Positions 54,965-64,000 of a stretch of DNA of 64,000 bases are shown one piece after another. The position numbers and the translations under genes are program-made. The DNA comes from Octopus vulgaris. Lineage: Eukaryota. The notes under the pieces are model-generated. The model searched no databases, was not told the DNA's origin, and saw nothing but the letters and a program-made list of their open reading frames with translations. Position 1 is the stretch's first letter; each line of letters starts with the position of its first letter. The DNA is taken from assembly GCA_951406725.2 (NCBI GenBank), contig OX597829.1:6510001-6574000 (forward strand), given 5' to 3'.

Positions 54965-55042
54965 TCCGAGAGCTAGAGAAAATGTGGAAGAAGCATCAAC
55001 TGTCATAGTTCTGTTGTGGTTTGTATTATACATTGTCGTCAA

Positions 55043-55258
55043 AGGCGGTGGGTTAGCAAAACGCTGGACGAAATGCCACTAAGCTTAGTAGCATTTCATC
55101 CGTCTTAACATCCTGGGTTCAAGTTCCGCCGATGTCGACTTTGCCTTTTATCCTTTCGGGGCAGATGAAGTAAATACCAGTTGAAAAGCATTAAGGTTGA
55201 TGTAATCGATTTACCCTCTTCCTCGGAATTGCTGGCCTTCTGTCAAAATTTGAAATCA
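55043..55258 (+). mobile_element. SINE family 2, degraded
   Basis: GTCGACTTTGCCTTTTATCCTTTCGGGG core. Confidence 0.8.
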
Positions 55259-56492
55259 TTATTTACGGTTGTCAATCAGCACGATGATTCGGCCCTGTGT
55301 GATCCTCGTGGTCTCACAATATCAGTTGTTGTCGGTAATGGTGTTGTTAATGTTGGTACTTTCAGAAGCCAGTGGATGCAGTAGCTGCAATATTGTTGAT
55401 GACGTCAGTGGAAGAGGTGGAAGAGGCTTACCACTTGTTATTCTAATAGCAACGAAATGTTTGTTGTTTTAGTTCCAGCTGATCATCAAGCACTTGTTGT
55501 TTTTGTTACTATTGCTGTATTTTTATCACCTTGGGATAAACAACTTGGGAAAACCTTGCTCTTGCAACTGATGTTGTTGTTGCTGCTGTTACTGCTACTT
55601 CTGTTGTTGTTGCTGTTGTTTTGGGCATTTTCTCTTTATGTTCCTTCCCATTACTGTTGTAATTGGTAATATCATTATTGGTACTAAATATTATTTTTTG
55701 TTATCATCATTTGGCTTTGTTTTGACGTCATAGCAAAGACATTGTTAACCGTCAATTGTAACCTCAAAAGTGCTTGACATTGTAAAAGAGAAACCACCTC
55801 TTTTTAAAATCATACTTACACTCTTGTTTTGTTGCATAAAATGGTGTAAAGCGTAAAAGGATGATCTCATTTGTTTTTTTATTACAAATGCGCAGATTCC
55901 AAAAAGTTCAAAGATCATCGTGTTCTTTCATTAAAGAAGCAGATGCACTCCTCTTCACAATAGGCGAAGGATGCAGCAAACGGTGACCAAAAAGGGGAAC
56001 AAAATAAGTAGATAAATTTAAGATAATCTTGAAAAGCCTCAAGATAATGTGTGTTCCTATTCTAAAGTAAAAAAAAACAAAAAACTATAATAATGATCTC
56101 TGTTTAATAATGGCCGATATAAAAGGGGATTGGTTCGTTGGTTGGTTTGTTGATTAATTCTTTTAATCACGTTTTACACCACACGAGGGAGAGAGAGAGA
56201 GAGGGAGAGAGAGAGATAGAGTATGTAAAGGAGAGACGCAGAAAAAGTTAATACGTGAGGAGTGGGAAGAGTGCATATGCGAGAATTGGTCACAGGCATA
56301 AGTAAAGGAATGGATGCTACAAACGCACACACACATACACACAAACTCACACACATACAAACACACACACATACATATATACGCATGCACGAAAGCACAG
56401 ATATGGAGAAAGTATCACACATAAAGACATAGAGGGAAACAAATGCCACAGAAGTTATTGATAGAAAGTTATGCACAATGAGAAAATATATC

Positions 56493-56862
56493 TTATGACC
56501 TCCTCCGCCTTGGCGGGGATATCGTTTTCAGTCGTGTTCGTTCGTTTCTTTATCCGTGGACAAGATATCTCAAGAGCCGCTGGATGGATTCGGATGAAAC
56601 ATTCAGGGATATTTGGCCTCGTGACTGGCACGACCAGATTAGATTTTGGGATCGATCCGGTACTGGACAAGGATTTTGGATTATTTTTACGGGTTTTTAC
56701 TTAATTTTTGAGAGCGGTCGAGTTCATTTTTTGTATTCTCGTTTGTGAGAGCAGTCGAGTTTATTTCAGATATTCTCATTTTTAAAATCCTCACTGGCTC
56801 ATCGTTGAGAGGCCGTTGGTGTTGCCTTGACGAAGGATTGGGCTCTCTGAGTGCTCTTGCTT
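56493..56862 (+). mobile_element. Non-autonomous Helentron/HINE-like element
   Basis: 5' CCTCCGCCTTGGCGGGG palindromic sub-terminal repeat; 3' CCTTGACGAAGG followed by GGGCTCTCTGAGTGCTC hairpin; T-rich flanks. Confidence 0.6.
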
Positions 56863-56999
56863 AATTTTATTTTAAGGTGATAAATAGTTTTCCTTTGAAA
56901 ATTAGCATACATTTGATTATTTTGTGCTATCAACAAGAAATTTGATAAATGTAAAATTATAATAAATGTATGTTGTTGCATTTATGTTAAGATATGACA

Positions 57000-57375
57000 T
57001 GAGAGCATATCAGTACATGCACTGGTCAATATGCTGTACGTGCAATCTCCAGCAAAGAGAGCACAAGTATCTGGACGACTGATCGCGAAATACAGGCTAA
57101 CCAACCAGATATCAGTGCGAAAAATTATGTTGAAAAGTTTTGCTTTTTCATCGATGTTGCTGCCCCAACTGACAAAAACACATCTATAAAAGCGTTTGAT
57201 ACAGTGAGCAAATGTAAGGACTAAGAGAGAGAAATTAGAAGAATCAAGAACATTACCTATTTTTATTGGAGCATTTGGAATGATATCAGAACGCGGAAAC
57301 AAATATGCAGACCAAATTCCTGGCAGCACCAGAATAATAATTTCAAAATATCATACATAAGGGTCTTTCACATAT
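57000..57375 (+). mobile_element. Degraded R4/Dong RLE fragment
   Basis: IQANQPDI..FIDVAAPTDKNTSIK..SKCKD. Confidence 0.7.
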
Positions 57376-57429
57376 TTGAAGTTAATTCCTCTCTATATGG
57401 AATTCAGATTTATTTTTCCTCAGAGACAC

Positions 57430-58650
57430 CAGTTTTTTTAAATTGCAAGGCACATCACTAGTTCCTGTGAAAGGACCAGGTACCGCTTGTCAGACGATCC
57501 ATTTGCCGTCAGTACCCGTTGCGTGGAGGACTGGGCAAGCTGTGGCTGAGGATGCGCAGACATGCGCTGAAGCTGCGACATTACCAGCGATACTTTATCT
57601 GTAAGCAGTTGTGGTTATCGTTTGTTGAACTCGCTTTTTCGCAGCTCGTCTCCTTGACGGAGCTACAGTCCTGGATCAGTTGTAGACCGAGGCAAGGCGG
57701 TTGGTACCTAGAGTTGCCAAGCGCTCACAGCCCTCAGCCGGTCGGACAATGTGATCTGTGAAAGTTCCACCTTGGACTTCTATAGGTGATTAATGGAGGG
57801 CAAGAGTGACAACGTACTCAGAGAGGTTCTGGGTGTCGAGCGGTATCAAGTGGCTGGTCTCTTCCGGAGGACTTTCGGGCCAGCAACTATGGATAACTTC
57901 CAGAAACACGTGGCCTGGCAGTGCTACCGGTGAGCGCTGCCGGTTCGAGATAAACGCTACTGGAACGGCTGTGCAGTCTGTTGGGCTTGTCCGAGATGCA
58001 TTCGGAGCAATGAAACCATTCTGCATGTTCTCATGCAGTGTCCACGCACTGCCTACGTGTGGAATTTTGTGGAACAGTTATTGCCACGTGTAGGACGGAT
58101 TCGGATATCGTCCGAATCCATTGTGAAGATAACTCCGTCTCTTTCCTTTGGCTGGGAAAAGAGGGCAATTTTTCTGTCTGGTGACTGTGTCAAAAGAGGT
58201 TGTGTGGTGGACGCGATTGAAAGGGTTGAAGACGGGTACCTTCCGCTTTGGCCATGGCCTCATTGACTTTTTCAGGTTCCACGTGAAAAGGAAAGTGAAG
58301 CTGGAGAGGGAGGTACTGTCACCCAGCAAGTTTGTTGAAAGGTGAGTGAATGTAGCAGGAATGGCCCGCGTGAATAGGACTGTTCTTAGTGCGCGCATGT
58401 CTGCAGGATCGAGGGGAGAAGAGAGGGTGCCTTCCTGTGGTGCCGTTGGTGTTAAGGGTCCAAAGTGGGTGTGGTCTCTTTTGTCACCTTACGGTGGAAC
58501 TCCCCTCTATTAGGGAAGCATATTGTCGATTTAATCTCTTTGGTAATCTTTGTGTGTGTTGGCTGTTTACACGTTTAACTTCACTGTTCCTCATCTCTGT
58601 ATCGTCCCCTATGTTTTGTATTCAGCCCTAGTGGGCGATAGAGAAAAAAT
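57430..58650 (+). mobile_element. Tx1/L1-clade LINE 3' fragment
   Basis: GGLGKLWLRMRRHALKLRH, CPRC..ETILHVLMQC, KEVVWWTRLKGL; homologous to 9581-11422; ends in (ATT)n. Confidence 0.88.
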
Positions 58651-58656
58651 TATTAC

Positions 58657-58743
<87 letters not shown>

Positions 58744-58756
58744 TATTATTATTATT

Positions 58757-60285
58757 CTATGTTTGACTTTTGCTTTATGTCTGTACAAGTTGGCTCCAAG
58801 TCTCACCCAGAGACCTCAAGAGACAACAGGTTGGAAGTTCTGTGCCATATATTTGGAGTTTTTTTTTCTTTTTTTTTTTTTGATGTTGTACTAGTGAATG
58901 TCTAATACATAAAAATAAAATTTAAAAAGAAAAAAAGTTCGTTTTAAACCATGGGATTACATAGAGAGTATTTTGCGTAGGATATGGGCAGTTCCCACGA
59001 GCACTATCTTTTGAGTTTCTGCCATTTTGGGGTTTCCTGGTATCTGAGTTAGGTAGCAATCAGTCCCTTTCGCTATCATTCCCAGGGCACCTATGACAAC
59101 AGGTATTGTTTTAGTCTTCAGCTTCCACATTTTGCTGATTTCTATTTCAAGATCTTTATACTTACTCAGTTTTTGGTAGGTCTTGACAGATACGTTTATA
59201 TCGATTGGGACAGTCATATCAATGAGGAGGCATGTTCTTTGTCTGAAGTCTTTCAGTATGATGCCTGGCCTATTTGCATCTATCTTCATGTCAGTTTGAA
59301 TGGTGAAGTTCCAGAGGAGTGAGATGTGGTCATTTTCAAGCACTGGAGGTGGATTGTGTTCCCACCAGTTTTTTTCATGGGGCAAATCCAGGTTTTTGCA
59401 AATTACCCAGTGAATATGTTGTGCAGCTCTATAATGCCTGTTGAGGTACTCTGTAGGCGCTAGAAGACTGCATTTGGAGACAACATGATCAATGGTTTCA
59501 TTTTGTTGTCGGAATACACGACATGTTGGGCTACTGCCGTTCTTTAATATGTTGGCCTGGTAGTTTCTTGTTGGTAGGCATTGATCTTGAGCTGCTATGA
59601 TAAACCGTTCTGTTTCAGATTTTAAGCCAGAGGCCATTAGCCATGGATGGGTCAGGGCTTTGTCAATATCTGCATTATTCGCTCTCTTTGGGTATTTGCC
59701 ATAGAGAGGTTTTTCTTGCCATTTATTATTCAGAATATCTAAGGCCGCAGTTTTGGCACGGGTTTTCATGCGCCTAGCTTTTTCTGTGCTTGTTTCTTGT
59801 ATGTCTATCTCTAATTCCGAAATTTGTTGTATTCAGAATTCACTTAGATATTCCTTTGCCTGTTTTGTGACTGAGTATGATGCTTTTTTGTTTTCATGTT
59901 TTGAGACAAGTTTTAACATCCAGTCCTCAGAGTTTTTCAGGTAGGTGTCTAGGCCAATTGTAGCAATCTTCATTGTTATTGCCAGTTGCAAAAGACCACG
60001 GCCTCCTCTTTTCTTGGCAGATAGAGTCGTTCTGTATCTGCCTTAGGGTGGTGCATTCTATGCATTGTCAACAGTTTCCTTAATTTTCTGTCGAGCTGAC
60101 ATATTTCAGTAAATGACCAGTTAACAACATTGAAACTGTAAGTCACGACTGGTATAGCTAATGCATTGATTGCTTCGATCCTGTTTCTTGTCTTCAGCTC
60201 TGTCTTGAGTATTGCTCTCACTCTTCGATAGCATTCTCTCCTGATCCTTTCCTTCATCTCTGAATGTCTTATTCCGTTCCCTTCA
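58757..60285 (-). mobile_element. R4/Dong-clade LINE, 5'-truncated, flanked by (AAT)n on both sides
   Basis: AAQDQ, CRV..ETIDHVVSKC, NRH, ANRPGII..LIDMTVP..KLSKYKDL, PVVIGALG. Confidence 0.93.
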
Positions 60286-60348
<63 letters not shown>

Positions 60349-60370
60349 GTTATTATTGTTATCATCATCA

Positions 60371-60426
<56 letters not shown>

Positions 60427-60946
60427 GTGTAAAAGAGCAGAGCATGCCACCAAAATGACACTGGGGTACGAATATATGAAGTCCAATGAGAACCCGTCTG
60501 ATATGTGGGGGACATGGTGACTGCATATCAAGATAAAAACAACACATTAATTTGCAGGTGCGGCACAGTTAGAATTTTCTTCTGGCCGAGTAGCCCAACC
60601 CGCTCGAAAGGTCCCTGAATAAGGGTTGTTTAAGGATGATGAACAAAACACCCACTCCTTCAGAGTTGAATTATACAAGCCTCAAAGAATTTCTTTCCAC
60701 ATATGGCTATGACGCTCCCCCACTACTTCTGCTCGTGATCAGAGATGCACATATCGTCAGCCATTAAGGGACATGGTCAACTGGTTAAGGTCAAACAAAT
60801 GACAAGCAAGTCTATGGTATTGAGTAGAATATTTGCTGTAACCCATCCATTATAACAATGTACATGATACTACTTCCAATCAGCTAAGATTAAAAGCCAT
60901 GGGAGCTACGTTCTGGTACTGAATAAGGGAATTATATTATTATTAT

Positions 60947-61065
60947 TCTATGTTTGACTTTTGCTTTACATTTGTACAAGTTGGCTCCAAGAGACAACAA
61001 GTTGGAAATTCATGTTGGTGTTAAGCCTAGGGTGCCATATATCTGGTTTTGTACTTAGTGATATT
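60947..61065 (-). mobile_element. R4/Dong 3' UTR fragment
   Basis: CTATGTTTGACTTTTGCTTTA..GTACAAGTTGGCTCCAAG matches 58757-58800. Confidence 0.7.
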
Positions 61066-61088
61066 TCATTATTATTATTATTATTATT

Positions 61089-64000
61089 CAGTAGTTTTAT
61101 TTTTATAGCGTGCTTTCACTTCACTACCGAGCGTAGCTCTGTGTGCCTTGGGTATGTGCTGTGATTTGTTGTGATGCTCTGATGGTTATTGTATGGAAAG
61201 TGTTCTGCGTAGGATGTGTGCAGTGCCTAGTAGTGCAATTTTCTGTATGTTATATGTGTTTGTAAGTCCTGGTGTTTTTGTTATGTATTTGTCTGAATAT
61301 TTTTTTATCATGCCTAATGCACCTACAATGATAGGAATTGTTTCTGTTTTCAGATTCCACATTCTTGTTACCTCTATTTCCAGGTCTTTGTATTTTGAGA
61401 GTTTCTCCATTTCTTTTAGAGACACTTTGTCATCAGCCGGTATTGATATATCAATTAGAAAGCATTTTTTTCTTCATGATCTCTGACAACTATATCTGGT
61501 CTGTTGGCCTTAATTTCTCTATCTGTGTGTATCGGCATATCCCAGAGTATGGTTGCTTTCTCGTTTTCTGTGACCTTTTCTGGTGTGTGCCTATACCATC
61601 TTTTTTCTGTTGTTATTCCATAATGTTGGCATAGATTCCAATGTATGTAGGTTCCAACTCTGTCATGTCTGTGAATATATTCCTTCTTAGCCAGGACTGG
61701 GCAGCTAGAGATAATATGATTTATTGTTTCTTGTCCATCTCCACATATTCTGCAGTTACTTGTAATATTTCTTTTCATTACATGTTTTTGGTAATTTCTG
61801 GTGGGGAGGCTTTGGTCTTGTGCTGCAATTAAAAATCCCTCTGTTTCTGCTTTGAGTCCTGAGCTTCTCAACCATTGCTGGGATTTTTCTTTGTCTATTT
61901 CTTTTGCGTTTAGTTTAGTCCAGTATTTACCATGAAGGGGCTTTTCTTGCCATCGTTTTATCATGGTTCGTTGCTGTTCTATTTTTAGTTTTGGATTTCA
62001 TTTGTTTTATAGCTTTTGTTGTTTCTTCATCTTCTTCTTCTTCTTCATGTTTATTAGGTGGTATGATTTCTTGTTTGTATCTGTCAGCTTCCTTAAATAC
62101 TGAGAACAGTTTTTTGTTTTGCTCGTGTTTTGCCGCTATTTGTATCAGTTTTCGTTCCTTCTGAAGTAGATATTTTTGCAGTCCTATGGTGGTTATTTTA
62201 TAGTAGTTTTCCAGCTATATAAGACCTCTACCAGCTTCTATACGTTGTATATATAGTCTTTCTATGTCAGATTTTGGGTGATGCATCCTAGATCCTGTCA
62301 TTATTTTTCTTGTTTTCCTATCTATTTTGGTCAGTTCATTTCGTGTCCAGTTAAGGATATTGTAGCTGTAACTTATAACTGGGACAGCTAAAGTGTTGAT
62401 ACCTATTATCTTGTTTTTAGCATTGAGCTCTGTGTTTAGTATTGATCTAACTCGTCTATTATATTCTTTTTTTATTTTCTCTTTCATTTGTGTGTGTTGT
62501 GTCTTATCTAGTTCATGGATTCCTAAGTATTTGTAAGTTTGGCTTTGGTCTAATTCTTTTATTTCATTGGTTTTATCTAGTGTGATGTTGTTACTCTTAA
62601 CTAGTTTTCCTTTTTTCATTGTAACTTTGGCGCATTTTTCTAATCCAAATTTCATATATATTTCTTTGGTAAATCCATGAACTGTCTTTAATAGTGTTTC
62701 CAGTTGTTTGTCATTTGCAGCGTATAGTTTTAGGTCATCCATATATAAAAGGTGGCTGATCGTTTTGCCGTAACATTTATATCCGCATCCAGTTCTATTT
62801 AGCATATCAGATAGAGGTGACAGTGCCAAGCATAAAGGAGTGGAGAGAGCGTGTCTCCCTGGAATATTCCTCTTCTAATGGGGATGTCTTTGGTTTTCAT
62901 GAGTCCCTCTTTTGTTTGGAGGTGTAGGACTGTTTGCCATTTATTCATAGAGTGCTCTATGAATTTTATGATTGTTGGTGCTACTTTGTTAATGGCTAGT
63001 GTTTCGAGGATCCATGTGTGGGGGATGCTATCAAACGCCTTTTTGTAGTCAATCCAGGCCATACTGAGGCCTTTCTTCTTTCTGTGGCTGTCTTCAGTTA
63101 TGGCTTTATTAATCATTAGTTGATCTTTACAGCCATATGAGCCTTTGCGGCATCCTTTCTGCTCTTCTGGGAACAGTTTGTTTTCGTCCAGGTGCTGGTT
63201 CAGCCTTTTTGATATCACTGCAGTAAATGCCTTGAACATAGTAGGGAGGCAGGTTATTGGTCTGTAGTTTTCTGGTTTTTCTGTTTCATTTGATTTGGGA
63301 ATTAAGATGGTTTTCCCCTTCGTGAGCCATTCAGGCATTGTCTCTGGCTCTGCTAGTACGTTGTTAAAATTTTCAGCCAGCTTTTTGTGCATTCCTGTTA
63401 GATATTTCAACCAGAAGTTGGGGATCTTGTCATGCCCAGGTGCCTTCCAGTTGCTTAGTCTTTGCAGTGCCTGGGTGACCTCTTCAGTTGTTATGGGGGT
63501 CCAAAGTTGTTCAGATGCCGAGTTTGTTATTTTGATACTCCTTTTTTTCGGTGGTTCGTTCGCCGACCATATTTCTCTCCAGAATTCTTCCAATTCTTCT
63601 GCCGTTGGTGCTGCAGTGACTTCTATTTTATTTTTGCCCAGTTCTTGGTAGAACTTTTTGGGGTTGGAGTTGAACTTTTTTGTTTTCTTCAAAGAAGCGT
63701 TGGCGTTTCTTGTACCGGCGGATCCTTTGTGCTTTGGCAAGGATATCTTGCTTCAGCTTTTCTTTTATTTCAGGCAAATCTTTCTCTGTGATGTTATATT
63801 TGCGGAGTATTTTTGTTCTCTTTTTGTTGCTCAGTAGCGTTGATTGTTTGCTGATTTCATTAAGAATCGACAGGTCTTTTCTAAATTTTTTTATTTTGCT
63901 TTGGATGTTATTTGTCCACAGGGTTTGTTTGGGTGGTGGTACTCCTGTTTGGGCGGGTTTGGGTGAGTATCCAGCTTCTTTTGTGGCTGCAGTGGCTGCT
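61089..64000 (-). mobile_element. R4/Dong-clade LINE (second family), RT + CCHC + RLE, few frameshifts; continues beyond the window
   Basis: NWKAPGHD, YRPITCL, WIDYKKAFDS, GIFQGDTLSP, LYMDDLKLY, CRIC..HIISSC, RHD, RPDIVV, GALG; 3' end in (AAT)n. Confidence 0.95.

Overview
Eukaryotic, AT-rich, microsatellite-saturated DNA with no recognisable host protein-coding exon. The SINE repertoire and the (TA)n/(TACA)n/(AAT)n/(AGAT)n load suggest an octopod cephalopod genome (inference). Most ORF-track entries are microsatellite artefacts. The real coding remnants are all transposon-derived: R4/Dong-type RLE LINEs sitting in (AAT)n, Tx1/L1-clade LINE fragments, several Penelope-like elements (PLEs) with GIY-YIG endonucleases from at least three lineages, and RTE, mariner, Tc1 and Helitron/Helentron relics, plus three tRNA-derived SINE families. 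The most notable signal is non-coding. I found about 16 type-I hammerhead ribozyme (HHR) motifs by eye, from roughly ten sequence families. Most have palindromic stem III, and several carry variant catalytic cores (G3:C8, A3:U8, U4C). They lie in the 3' regions of PLE ORFs and in ORF-less modules, including two ~0.5 kb monomers with terminal direct repeats (retrozyme-like). These modules insert next to (TA)n runs and often form head-to-head inverted structures, up to a ~5.6 kb nested foldback at 21.5-27.2 kb. All RNA structures were folded by hand and need computational and biochemical confirmation.
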